Assembly (NCBI GenBank): GCA_963663405.2
Contig: CAXXSM010000110.1
Span: 96,001 to 160,000, forward strand
Origin: a bacterium
GTDB lineage: Bacteria > Hinthialibacterota > Hinthialibacteria > Hinthialibacterales > Hinthialibacteraceae
Reading direction: 5' to 3'
Length of the DNA: 64,000 nt
Notes under the pieces: model-generated
Told to the model about the DNA's origin: nothing
The model's database searches: none
Seen by the model: only the letters and a program-made list of their open reading frames with translations
Shown: piece by piece, positions 43,410 through 53,584 of the stretch
Position numbering within the stretch: the stretch's first letter is position 1
Layout: each line of letters starts with the position of its first letter
Made by a program: the position numbers and the translations under genes

Positions 43410-44050
43410 GATGGTTCCCCTGGTGGATAAAGTCGTTGCAGGATGTTGCGAACCGTCGAGGCCGCCAAGAAAATGTTAAGAAGGGACAACTGGAGAGAAA
43501 TCCGAATACGTCCCCAATGCGGATTGGCTTTGGCAATTTCCCAAACGAGTAGGGCTACTTCGATAGGAGTTTTGTTTGCTGGTTCGTTTTTGTTCCCACT
43601 TTGATTTTCGATATTCTTCAGCCATCGATTAATCGTTGATCGAGCCACACCGAGTCGTTTCGTCATCTCCCGAGTGGAAATTTGGAAATATTCCTTGTAC
43701 CAGAGAATCCATAACCGTTCTCGAATTGAATAGCGTGGTTTATGATTCTTATCTCTTCCTTGTTTGCGCAAAATTTCCAGTTCCGTTTCCAATTGAAAAA
43801 TGCGATTCCGTAGAAATTGGTTTTCGACTGCGGGATTGTTCTCCTCTTCAGCAAGATTTTTCATTTGCGTGAAACGAGTAATTCCCACCCATCGAGTTGA
43901 CAAGACGAGAGTCTACAAAATTAAAGGAATTGCCGCTTGAATTACGTCCATAGTGGTCCCGTTTATGAGTATTTATTGAAATGGAATCATATGTATTAAA
44001 ATCAATATTGTCAACGGTTTATCTGTGGACCGATTCTTGGATCAGCTACA
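43410..44050 (-). mobile_element. IS481-like remnant 3 (left end plus N-terminal half of transposase)
   Basis: Left IR TGTAGCTGATCCAAGAATCGGTCCAC; protein nearly identical to 51599-52070; TAG at 43913-43915; cut after YPPGEPS. Confidence 0.88.
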
Positions 44051-44232
44051 AACGGATCCATTTTCAAGGTAGGAACATCTAATGGTCCGAAAACTAAGTC
44101 TTGAGGATTCAGATATGCTGACAATTTCGAATCGTACGATGGTTTAGCGGTGTAAATAGGTTTTTTCCAGTATCGTTCTATATACCAATAATGCGATCCG
44201 TAGGGTATTTGACGGTTTGGTCCGAAATGCAT
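44051..44232 (-). pseudogene. Possible gene start interrupted by the IS end at 44050
   Basis: ATG with GGAG upstream; the frame runs into the IS; no family recognised. Confidence 0.3.
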
Positions 44233-44661
44233 TGTTATCTCCGGCTAGTAGTAATACCTATGGCTTTATAAAATTTTCGATTCTCAATTTGCAGTCGAAA
44301 ATTAAAAAGCGAAACAAGATATTTCCATATCATGTCACACACAACAGATTATAGAAACATACATCAGGATTGTTTATTGAAAAACAATCAATTTACTCGA
44401 TTTATCCGAGGATCAAAGTTAAAAGAGATGGGAATTAGTGTTGAGATTGAAATGATAGGATTTTTTATTCAACCTTAGGAATATCGATAGTGAAGTACTG
44501 AAAGTCGTGTTAACAGGTTATAGATCAACTGAAAGGATCGGCATTTCTCCGCACGTCTTCAAATTCCTTTGAGTATATTGTTGAATCCAAGGCCCAACCC
44601 GCCATGAACAAACTCCAAAATGAAGGCTACCCAAAGAAGTTGAAAAAGTGTAAAAAAAGGA

Positions 44662-44691
44662 TTGACAATACTGTGATCGCAGTATTAAAAT
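44662..44691 (+). promoter_or_regulatory. Sigma70-type promoter with overlapping operator palindrome
   Basis: TTGACA-N18-TAAAAT; AATACTG-TGATCG-CAGTATT at 44667-44686 fills the spacer; directly upstream of a BlaI-family repressor. Confidence 0.75.
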
Positions 44692-44738
44692 AACGGTGTA
44701 GTAGACCTCAAATGGACCCGACGTTCTGGGATTGTGTC

Positions 44739-45152
44739 ATGGCTCAAAAGGGATTTGACGATCTTGGGCCTCTTCAGCAGGCCATCATTCAAGCAATATG
44801 GGAGCATGACCACGCGACTGTCTACGAGGTGCTTGACCGCCTAAACGAAAACAGGAAGAAGCCACTAGTCTATACATCGGTTCTGTCCATTATGCAGCGG
44901 TTAGAGAAGTTAGGTTGGCTGAAACACCGGAGGGAAGGCCGCAATTATGTCTATTCAGTTACAAGAGGCCGTGAACAAGAGACCAGGCGATCCCTGAGAG
45001 GCTTCATCGACCGTGTTTTCGGTGGCGACTCGCGGCTCTTACTGCAGTATTTCATCGAGGACCAGGAGCTGGACGACGAAGATCTTCGAGAGTTAACCAA
45101 AATGATCAACGCGAAGCGGAAGAAGAAGTCTAATGTTTCCCACTCTCCTTGA
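44739..45152 (+). CDS. BlaI/MecI/CopY-family transcriptional repressor (alternative start 44712)
   Basis: LGPLQQAIIQAIWEH..ATVYEV, LVYTSVLSIMQRLEKLGWL, EGRNYVY, FIDRVFGGD. Confidence 0.92.
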   Translation: MAQKGFDDLGPLQQAIIQAIWEHDHATVYEVLDRLNENRKKPLVYTSVLSIMQRLEKLGWLKHRREGRNYVYSVTRGREQETRRSLRGFIDRVFGGDSRLLLQYFIEDQELDDEDLRELTKMINAKRKKKSNVSHSP

Positions 45153-48063
45153 TCTGACTTATCTATGGAAGTGCGTTTGGCAAACCACATTGTGCCTTGG
45201 GCTCGGGATTGGAGCAAGTTTTCTTTTCTTGTCCCGGCCCGCCAGAGCTCACCGGGTGTTAATGTTTGCGCTTGTGACCGCGTTCGTGACTCCATTGCTA
45301 AGCCAGACCGTTCACCACTACGGCTGGGGTTTACTGAGGAGCCCAACTATCTGGATTCCATCGGCTTCACAACCCGCCGATGTTGACGTTTCGCTTCAAT
45401 CCACCGGTTCGGAATTGATGAAACCCATATCCACATATCCAGAATCGAACTCAAAACAAGAATCTGTTCCCAGAATTCCCCAGCGATCCTTGCCATTCTC
45501 ATGGCTGGGCTATCTGGTTTCAGTATGGGTTGCGTTGAGCGTTCTTGCGTCAATTCGATTAGTCCGCATCTTTATCCTTGAGAATCAAATCCTTAGAGAA
45601 ACAAAGCCCTGCGAGAATCCCTCATGGCGAAAAATTGTCGAACAAGCAACAGCTGAACTGGAACTCAGAACGATTCCCCGGGTGGTTGAATCGGATCGAA
45701 TTCACTGCCCGGCAATGTGGTGTTGGGGGCGTCGTCCCGCATTGTTAATACCGAAATTGGCAAATATCAAAAAGCATCCCAGGGAATGGCAGGGAATCAT
45801 CCTCCATGAACTCGCGCATTGGAAACGCCGGGACCATATCGCACAGTTGCTGGGAGAATTCTTCATCTGCGTGTTCCCATGGAATGCGGTTGGCTGGTAT
45901 ACACGAAGACGTCTGATTCAATTAAGCGAACAGGCATGTGATGATTGGGCACTGGCAAAAGGAGGTTCTGCGGACGTTTACGCAGAATCGCTTCTGGCAC
46001 TTGTACCACATCGGAGACCGGCCCTGATCCTTGCGACGGGAACTACACGCCATGGGCTGCAGCAGCGTATCCGCCACATTCTGAGAAGTAAGTGGAACGA
46101 TCCAACGCCTGGGCGGCTTTGGACCTTCTCAGCGGTTGTGATCATGATCTGTATTACAACAGCGATTGCCCTTACTCAAACAGTGACAGACTTTCCTCCA
46201 CTCCGTGGGCTGTCAGAGGAAATAGTGTTCGGGCTTGGAGAACTAGAGGCTGTTGCGCTCAGCCCCGATGGCCAATACGCTCTAACTGGGAGCAGAGCCG
46301 GGGCGTTCATGTGGGATACCACCAGTGGTGAGATGGTGCGCACATTCTGGCTTGCTGAAGCATGCGAAGGGCTTGATTTTCTGGGCTTTTCACCCGACGG
46401 AATACTAGTAATAGCAAAAACCAGAATATGGATGCAATCTACAATCACAGTATGGGATGCAGAAACAGGAGAAAAACTCTATACCTTTGACTGGGCCGAT
46501 GGAATAGATTTCTCTCCGGATGGCACTCGAATTGTGACTTCAGGCCATTATGGAAATGTGACACTGTGGGATGCTAATACTGGCGAGCAACTTCGAGCCT
46601 ATAATCTGAGAGATCTAGGTCCTTGGGGGTGGGGAGCGGTGGCGTTCTCACCGGATGGTACGGAAGTCTTGATCAGAGGTCGAGTGCTCGCGGTGTGGGA
46701 TCCGTTGAGTGGTATGGTGCTTCGAACATATGACCACATAAATGCACAAGGCCGAGTCGCCTATTCTCCCGATGGGGCGCAGATCCTAACCGGACACGAA
46801 GGAGGTTTCGTCACGTTGTGGGATGTCGCCACCGGCGAGAAGATCCGAATCTTTGGGACCGGGTATGAACGTATGGTCATGGTGGCGTTTTCTTCTGATG
46901 GTGCAAAGGTTTTTGCTGCTGAAAGAGGAGGCAGAGCCTCATTGTTCGACACTGCTACAGGGAAAAGGATCCGCAGTTTTGATGGTAAAGGATGGTGCTG
47001 GAATGCTGCGTTCTCCTCGAACGGGTTGTACGTTCTAACTGCAGGGCGAGAGGCAGCAATACTGTATGACGCGGTTACAGGAAAAGAGGTTCGGAAGTTT
47101 TTAGGCCATACCTCAGGCGTAACGTCTGCGGTCTATTCACCCGGTGGAGAAAAAGTCTTATTAGCGAGTGAACCTATATCATTATGGGAAAGTATTTCTG
47201 GGCGATTTCTCAAATCGTTTGGGGAAAGCAGGGCGTGGTCCTTAGCCTTTTCACCTGACGGTTCTGCGTTTGCAGCCGGGTATGATGGGACGGTTACATT
47301 GTGGAATACATCCAATGGGCAGGTGCTGCGAGAGATTACCGTAGGTGGGAGTCGAGACCGTGTCATGGGTTTGGCTTTTTCTCCGGATGGGGAAAAAATT
47401 GTTTCGGCTTGTGGCTGGCGCTCTTCTCAACAGAAAGCAGCCATCCTCTGGGATGCTGTCGATGGCCGGAAAATCCGCGAATTTAACCATCGAAGCCACG
47501 TAACGGCTGCGGTGTTTTCAACCGATGGAAGGAGACTTCTGACCGGTTGTGCAAATGGAACGGCGACACTATGGCATGTCGAGACCGGTGAAGAAATCCA
47601 ATGCTTCACTGGTCACACGTGGGCAGTCATGTGTGTAGCACTTTCGTCTGATGGAACGAAAGCGCTTACAGGTTGTGGCTTAGACGGCAGCTCAATAAAA
47701 GATCGAAGCGCCAAACTGTGGGATACCGCAACCGGCATTGAGATTCGCACCTTCATACATGAAGACGAAAATGGGAATAACTCCGACGTGTACGCAGTGA
47801 ATTTTTCTACTGATAGCAAGATGGTGGTAACGGGCAGCAGCTCGGGGACTGTGAAACTGTGGGAGACCACTACCGGTGCGCTTCTTCAAACCTATGCACA
47901 CGGTGGAGAAGTATGGTCCTCGGTGTTTTCTCCGGATGGAAAACATGTGCTAACTGGAAGTTGGGACGGGACAGCTCGGATCTGGGATATTTCAGAGATC
48001 GTCCCTTCGACACGAGTAAGGGAATTCAGGCTACATGAGGGAGAAGGCGCTTTCAGGCCTTGA
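45133..48063 (+). CDS. BlaR1/MecR1-type peptidase M56 fused to a large WD40-repeat domain
   Basis: TM helices; HELAH zinc motif; EQACDDW; ~14 repeats of FSPDG...LWD..TG. Confidence 0.92.
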   Translation: MFPTLLDLTYLWKCVWQTTLCLGLGIGASFLFLSRPARAHRVLMFALVTAFVTPLLSQTVHHYGWGLLRSPTIWIPSASQPADVDVSLQSTGSELMKPISTYPESNSKQESVPRIPQRSLPFSWLGYLVSVWVALSVLASIRLVRIFILENQILRETKPCENPSWRKIVEQATAELELRTIPRVVESDRIHCPAMWCWGRRPALLIPKLANIKKHPREWQGIILHELAHWKRRDHIAQLLGEFFICVFPWNAVGWYTRRRLIQLSEQACDDWALAKGGSADVYAESLLALVPHRRPALILATGTTRHGLQQRIRHILRSKWNDPTPGRLWTFSAVVIMICITTAIALTQTVTDFPPLRGLSEEIVFGLGELEAVALSPDGQYALTGSRAGAFMWDTTSGEMVRTFWLAEACEGLDFLGFSPDGILVIAKTRIWMQSTITVWDAETGEKLYTFDWADGIDFSPDGTRIVTSGHYGNVTLWDANTGEQLRAYNLRDLGPWGWGAVAFSPDGTEVLIRGRVLAVWDPLSGMVLRTYDHINAQGRVAYSPDGAQILTGHEGGFVTLWDVATGEKIRIFGTGYERMVMVAFSSDGAKVFAAERGGRASLFDTATGKRIRSFDGKGWCWNAAFSSNGLYVLTAGREAAILYDAVTGKEVRKFLGHTSGVTSAVYSPGGEKVLLASEPISLWESISGRFLKSFGESRAWSLAFSPDGSAFAAGYDGTVTLWNTSNGQVLREITVGGSRDRVMGLAFSPDGEKIVSACGWRSSQQKAAILWDAVDGRKIREFNHRSHVTAAVFSTDGRRLLTGCANGTATLWHVETGEEIQCFTGHTWAVMCVALSSDGTKALTGCGLDGSSIKDRSAKLWDTATGIEIRTFIHEDENGNNSDVYAVNFSTDSKMVVTGSSSGTVKLWETTTGALLQTYAHGGEVWSSVFSPDGKHVLTGSWDGTARIWDISEIVPSTRVREFRLHEGEGAFRP

Positions 48064-48075
48064 TATAGGTGGTTC

Positions 48076-48705
48076 ATGAAAATGAAGGCCTTCACGTTGA
48101 TCGAATTGCTGTGTGTCATAACCATTCTCGGCTTGCTCGCGGCCATCGCTATTCCGAATTTCCTCCAAGCTCAAACCAGGGCAAAAGTGGCTCGCATGCG
48201 CAACGATACAAGAATACTGGGGATGGCCATCGAGAGTTATCGTGTGGATCATGGATGGTATCCCTATGGAAGAAACTGTGATCCGATGAACTTTGTTTGC
48301 AGTGTTCGAGGAACACCGCAGATCGTACAAGAAAACAAACTACCGCATTTGATCAATCCCATTCGATACATTTATTCGATTCCGTTCGATGTGTTCCACG
48401 GTTTTCATGTCCCAGTCACAGGAGAGGAAGTCAGATACTCGATTTCGTATGTGTTTGTGTATCAGCAGGCACTGGAACGCGATCCATGCAACGGGAAGTA
48501 CAAGACCAGCCCCTCCGTTGACAGGGATCTATGGCAGTGGAGTGTGTACAGCATTGGCCCCGATAAAATGGAGAGTCAATTCTTCGATCTCGCAACGTGG
48601 AGGGTAATGCCATACGATCCATCTAACGGGATCCTGAGCAATGGCGATATCCAATGGAGTACTCAACCGCCACTGGTGTGGGATGGTACTGGGCAATCCT
48701 CCTAA
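48076..48705 (+). CDS. Prepilin-type N-terminal cleavage/methylation protein (GspG-like pseudopilin)
   Basis: KAFTLIELLCVITILGLLAAIAIPNF class III signal; YSIGPD; YDPSNG..SNGDI. Confidence 0.9.
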   Translation: MKMKAFTLIELLCVITILGLLAAIAIPNFLQAQTRAKVARMRNDTRILGMAIESYRVDHGWYPYGRNCDPMNFVCSVRGTPQIVQENKLPHLINPIRYIYSIPFDVFHGFHVPVTGEEVRYSISYVFVYQQALERDPCNGKYKTSPSVDRDLWQWSVYSIGPDKMESQFFDLATWRVMPYDPSNGILSNGDIQWSTQPPLVWDGTGQSS

Positions 48706-48820
48706 ACGTCTCGCAACATAGTTTTATTAACATGAATTAATGAAAATCTACATGATAAAACCACTTTCTAAACGAACTAACTTTTTGGAATTTTCCTATT
48801 TAGAATAAAAGGAGAGAACC

Positions 48821-49986
48821 ATGAAGATACGATTAGTGACAACACTTTCATGTTTATTATTACTATCAAACGTAATATGCAATACACAGGAAATTGTGAA
48901 ATTGCCCGAATTAACTGGGGCATATGCTGTTGGTATTGTAGAAAAATATCTAGTTGATGAATCAAGAGAAGAAAAATACACAACAGATCCGAATGATAAA
49001 AGAGAAATTAAGGTACAAATCTGGTATCCTGCAGTAACAACTGCAAATGTAAATACCGGACGATATTGGCCCTCACCCGACTTAGAAGCTTATATGGAGG
49101 TATATAAAGAAGGACTTAAGAAAATATATCCAAATTGCCCACCTGATTCTTTTTGGGATCAATATGATAAAGTATATGCAAATGCCATCCCTGATGCTTC
49201 CTTTTTAAATTCAATTCTACATTTTCCAGTACTGATATATAGTCCAGGTTGGGTTGGCACTCCTCGTCTTTGTAATACTTATTTATTAGAAGAACTTGCT
49301 AGTCATGGATATTTAGTAATTGGTATTGAACACCCTTATGATGCTGCAGCTGTCACGTTTCCCGATGGTCGAGTTGTGATAACGAACCAGGATTTTAATC
49401 CAACATTACGATCTCAAGATATTCTGTTTGTTCTTAACGAGTTAGAAAAAACTAATAACACCATATTAGATAATAGATTTGAAGGGAAAATTAATCTTTC
49501 AAAAATCGGAGTTCTTGGACTATCTCTTGGTGGAAAAGCTGCAGCAATAACATTAAAAACAGATAGAAGATTTAAGGCTGGGCTCACACTCGATAGTTCT
49601 GAATTGTATGGTTTTGATCAGCCTATTATGCATATTTTACGTCAAGAGAGAAACATCTCTGATCGAATGGCAGATAAGGTTTCAAAATGTGGTGGATATC
49701 AGTGCACAATCAATGATACTATGCATTGGGATTTTTCTGAAGAACCATTAATTTGGAAATTGCTTGGTATGTATGGTAGATTTCCAATTGAAAGCCATAC
49801 TGATGATCCTATTCGTATACATCGAATCATTGCAGATTATGCGATCGCCTTTTTTGATCTTATGTTAAAAACCAGAACCACCAATTGCTTAATGGACCTT
49901 CACATTACTATCCGGAAGTTGATTTTAAAATTTTTGGTGATCCCAAACCATTTAGTTCAATTCTAGACTATGAGATTTATAAGTAA
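48821..49986 (+). CDS. Secreted alpha/beta hydrolase (PAF-acetylhydrolase-like) with a 1-nt frameshift near 49860
   Basis: Signal peptide; LPELTGAYAVG, ELASHGYLVIGIEHPYD, GLSLGG; the family-type C-terminus YVKNQNHQLLNGPSHYYPEV continues in the -1 frame to TAA 49986. Confidence 0.85.
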
Positions 49987-50125
49987 CATAACTATTTACA
50001 TGATAACAAGGGCTATTCCACTTATAAAAATTGCCCAATTGTTCTTCTCTCCATTCTATCAAAAAGATAGCTCTTGATTTATCTGGTTTATTCAGGGGCT
50101 TAACTGCCTCTACAAACCAAATGAA

Positions 50126-50422
50126 TTATTTTGAACTGCCCTCTTTTACTCGGACTTTGTAACGACAATGGATCAGTAGATTATTACCAAGTTCTCCATT
50201 GTTCGCCATGTCAAGCGTTTCCAAGACCTCGATTGGTTCAATCAATTCCATTGTCTCCGATATCGGAATTGATTCCTTGATCAACTCGTAGATAAATTTT
50301 TCCGATCCGTGTTTGGCGTAGTCGGTTGATGAGATTTCAATTGATTTTCCAACATAGAAGATTTCATCTTCTTCTAAAAATGGATAATGGACGTATTCAA
50401 TTTTTCGCTCAGTAATTCCCAT
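50126..50422 (-). CDS. Hypothetical acidic protein
   Basis: 98-aa ORF with GGGAG upstream; no family recognised. Confidence 0.5.
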   Translation of the reverse strand: MGITERKIEYVHYPFLEEDEIFYVGKSIEISSTDYAKHGSEKFIYELIKESIPISETMELIEPIEVLETLDMANNGELGNNLLIHCRYKVRVKEGSSK

Positions 50423-50527
50423 CTTGATTAATCTCCCACATATTGAAGCCCATGCATTTCAGAATTCTCACGGGTGGATTTAAAATAGATCGAAACAGTT
50501 AATTTCGTCTTGAGCACATTTAATGAC

Positions 50528-51250
50528 ATGCTTACAGAACTACAAGGTCTTATAGAACGTATTACGTATTTTAACGAAGAGACAGGTTACACCGTCGCTC
50601 GAATAAAAGTCCATGGCCGCCATGATTTAGTCACCGCTGTTGGCAACATGCATGAGATGAATCCCGGTGAGATCATCCAGATGAAGGGAGAGTGGAGCAA
50701 TCACCCCAAGTTTGGTGAGCAATTCAAAATCCAATATTACGAATCAAAAGTTCCTGCCTCTGTAACCGGTATCCAGAGATATTTGGGATCGGGCTTGATT
50801 AAAGGGATCGGGCCGGTGATGGCCAAAAGGATCGTTAAGAAATTCGGAGACAAGACACTCGACATAATCGAAGAGGATGTAAAGCGACTGATCGAAGTCG
50901 ATGGGATCGGCAAGAAACGAGTGGATATGATAACCAAGGCATGGGAAGAGCAAAAGGAGATCCGGCAGGTCATGCTCTTCCTCCAATCCCACGGGGTGAG
51001 TTCCACTTACGCCACAAAGATCTTCAAGCAATATGGAAACGCCGCCATATCCATCGTCAAGGAAAATCCCTATCGATTAGCGACGGATATCTTTGGGATC
51101 GGTTTTATTACCGCCGACCGGATTGCCGAAAAATTGGGATTCGCCAAGGATTCTGAACTAAGGGCGCAAGCAGGGATTCTCTATGTTCTCAACCAATTCG
51201 CAGACGAAGGCCATGTCTATTATCCTCAGGACGACTTAGTGATCACGTAA
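50528..51250 (+). pseudogene. recD2: RecD2-like helicase, N-terminal third only
   Basis: GLIERITYFNEETGYTVAR, HPKFGEQF, YLGSGLIKGIGP, NPYRLA.DIFGIGF.TAD; ends before any Walker A motif. Confidence 0.88.
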
Positions 51251-51357
51251 AAATTAATTCCCATTTTCAGAGGAATGTAAAGTGTAGTTCAATTTACATA
51301 AATTTTGATTCTTGACAATGTTCAATTGTTTCATTTGTTCATTGGTTACAGTTTTTC

Positions 51358-51410
51358 TGCTGGTATCGCTCAAAAAGTGAGCCATTTCGCGTTTTATTTT
51401 TGAGCCACTT
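51358..51410 (+). mobile_element. Probable IS21-family terminal remnant
   Basis: Starts with TG; tandem AAAGTGAGCCATTT / TTTTGAGCCACTT repeats resembling IS21 ends. Confidence 0.45.
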
Positions 51411-51448
51411 TGTAGCTGTCATCCAAGAATCGGTCCACCGATAAAGAG

Positions 51449-51477
51449 TTGACAATATTGATGTTAATACATATGAT
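51449..51477 (+). promoter_or_regulatory. Transposase promoter inside the IS left end
   Basis: TTGACA-N17-TATGAT; similar in the other left-end copies. Confidence 0.65.
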
Positions 51478-51598
51478 CCCAATTCAATACATACTCATAA
51501 ACGGGACCACTATGGACGTAATTCAATCGGCAATTCCTTTGATTTTGAAGACTCTCGTCTTGTCAGCTCGATAGGCGGGAGTTACTCGTTTCAAGCAA

Positions 51599-52702
51599 AT
51601 GAAAAATCTTGCTGAAGAGGAGAACAATCCCGAAGTCGAGAACCAATTTTTACGTGATCGCATTTTTCAATTGGAAACAGAACTGGAAATTTTGCGCAAA
51701 CAAGGAAGAAATAAGAATCATAAACCACGCTATTCACTTCGAGAACGGTTGTGGATTCTTTGGTACAAGGAATATTTCCAAATTTCCACTCGGGAGATGA
51801 CGAAACGACTCGGTGTGGCTCGATCAACGATTAATCGATGGCTGAAGAATATCGAAAATCAAAGTGGGAACAAAAACGAACCAGCAAACAAAACTCCTAT
51901 CGAAGTGGCCCTACTCGTCTGGGAAATAGCCAAAGCCAATCCGCATTGGGGACGGATTCGGATTTCTCTTCAGTTATCCCTTCTTAACATTTTCTTGGCG
52001 GCCTCGACGGTTCGCAATATCCTGCAACGACCTTATCCACCAGGGGAACCATCTCTGGCGCCCAATCCGGCTGGAGAAAATAGTGATCAATCCTCCCAGC
52101 GGTCCATCCCGGCTTGGTATCCCAATCACGTGTGGAGTGTGGATCGAACAATTGTGTTTCGGTGGGGATTGTGGCCAACATACGTTCTTGTTGCAATTGA
52201 CCATTATTCCCGGAAGGTGGTTTGCTGCTCTCCCCTGGAAGGCCCCAATGCTGGTTGGACAATTGAAGCCTTGGAACAAGCAATTGAAATCCATGGCTCT
52301 CCGAAGCATATTATCTCTGATCAAGAACCGATTTTTACCAGCGACGCTTTCGCTGAATTTGTTGATAATTTTAACATGAAGCAGCGTTTGGGCGCGGTTG
52401 GAAAACATGGTTCGATCGCTGTGACCGAACGAGTGAACAAGACGCTAAAATATGAATGGTTGAACCGGGTAGCGATTGTCAAAGGATTTGATCATCTGGA
52501 ATCTCTTTGCAATTCATTTACGGAATGGTACAACGAATGGCGGTCACATTATCGATTTGAGGGAAAAACTCCCAATGAAGTTCATGCAGAACGCCAAAAA
52601 GATCAATTAAACAGAGACGAGAAAACAGTCCCCTTCCCTATTGAACGACGCCGGTTCGAAGAAACAAATACTATGGCTTTTCGTCTTTCAAAAGCGGCTT
52701 GA
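51599..52702 (+). CDS. DDE (rve/integrase core) transposase; ancestral start probably ATG 51512, now cut by TAG 51572
   Basis: HTH LGVARSTINRW; NPHWGRIRI; D (WSVD), D (IISDQ), E (TERVNKTLK). Confidence 0.88.
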   Translation: MKNLAEEENNPEVENQFLRDRIFQLETELEILRKQGRNKNHKPRYSLRERLWILWYKEYFQISTREMTKRLGVARSTINRWLKNIENQSGNKNEPANKTPIEVALLVWEIAKANPHWGRIRISLQLSLLNIFLAASTVRNILQRPYPPGEPSLAPNPAGENSDQSSQRSIPAWYPNHVWSVDRTIVFRWGLWPTYVLVAIDHYSRKVVCCSPLEGPNAGWTIEALEQAIEIHGSPKHIISDQEPIFTSDAFAEFVDNFNMKQRLGAVGKHGSIAVTERVNKTLKYEWLNRVAIVKGFDHLESLCNSFTEWYNEWRSHYRFEGKTPNEVHAERQKDQLNRDEKTVPFPIERRRFEETNTMAFRLSKAA

Positions 52703-52903
52703 AATTGTATTGACCTATAATCATGTAACGATTCATCAGGGAAGGTGTATCCCCCAGACATCAAACCTAAAACGTTATTGTTAAAACAATTAAAGAACAT
52801 CTGTTACTGGCTTCATTCACAACCTAAAAAACTGCTAAAATCTCTTTTTCCAATCGGTATTATGTGGCCCGATTTAAGCATAACAGCCACAGGATGTTCG
52901 ATC

Positions 52904-53140
52904 ATGAAAACAATTGAAACGATTGCCAATGTCACGCAAGACGGAAAACTGATTGCCGCGGTACCGCCGGATATTTTACCCGGCAATCATGTCGTCGTGC
53001 TGGTGATCGATGATGCTTCTTCACCGCAGAGTGAAAAATTATCCAAACCTCCTCTTCAATTAAAACCGGTTCGATTGGAAGGCTGGCCAAAGGATTGCAC
53101 ATTCAGGAGGGAAGATATTTATGGCGCTGACGGACGTTAA
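52904..53140 (+). CDS. Putative antitoxin
   Basis: 78 aa MKTIETIANVTQDGKL...TFRREDIYGADGR, overlaps the PIN gene start; start re-called to lie outside the IS. Confidence 0.75.
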   Translation: MKTIETIANVTQDGKLIAAVPPDILPGNHVVVLVIDDASSPQSEKLSKPPLQLKPVRLEGWPKDCTFRREDIYGADGR

Positions 53141-53573
53141 TCGCCTTTTCCTTGATACCAACATATTAATTTATGCCACGGATGAATCATCTTCCTGGCA
53201 TAAATACGCAATCCATTCATTGTCGGTCGCCAGAGCCAATGGGATTGAATTGATTGTCAGTCCACAGATTTTACGGGAATATTTATCGGTTACAACTCGA
53301 CATCATGCAATGCAAGGCACGACTCAATTTGACAATATATTTAATAACTTTCAAGAATTCACGAAAGAATTTCATATTGTTGACGAAAATCGAAATGTTT
53401 TAGATAAACTCGTTCGCGAGATCCTTATTGCGGGGAAACAAATCCATGATGCAAATATTGTGGCAACCATGCAGACTCATCGGATTCAACTTTTATTGAC
53501 GCATAATTTAGATGATTTTAAGCGATTCACAAATCTTATTACGATCATTTCTTTGGAATCCGTTCAACAATAA
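53121..53573 (+). CDS. vapC: PIN-domain (VapC-like) toxin
   Basis: FLDTNILIY, QILREY, IHDANIVA, LTHNLDDF. Confidence 0.9.
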   Translation: MALTDVNRLFLDTNILIYATDESSSWHKYAIHSLSVARANGIELIVSPQILREYLSVTTRHHAMQGTTQFDNIFNNFQEFTKEFHIVDENRNVLDKLVREILIAGKQIHDANIVATMQTHRIQLLLTHNLDDFKRFTNLITIISLESVQQ

Positions 53574-53584
53574 ATCAAATCCAG

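Larger units (their letters stand above)
51411..52891 (+). mobile_element. Complete IS481-like insertion sequence, 1481 bp
   Basis: Left IR TGTAGCTGTCATCCAAGAATCGGTCCAC versus right IR (reverse complement) TGTGGCTGTTATGCTTAAATCGGGCCAC, 21/28 match; TGT...ACA ends; no target duplication. Confidence 0.85.

Noticed and set aside
44739-48063. Beta-lactam resistance locus
   Set aside because: There is no penicillin-binding sensor domain and no beta-lactamase gene.
45133-48063. Diversity-generating retroelement target in the WD40 repeats
   Set aside because: There is no reverse transcriptase and no template/variable repeat pair; the repeats are divergent.
43410-52891. Intact composite transposon carrying the BlaI module
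   Set aside because: The left copy lacks its outer end and catalytic half, and there is no target duplication.
52745-52903. Long N-terminus of the antitoxin ORF
   Set aside because: It lies almost entirely inside the IS right end.
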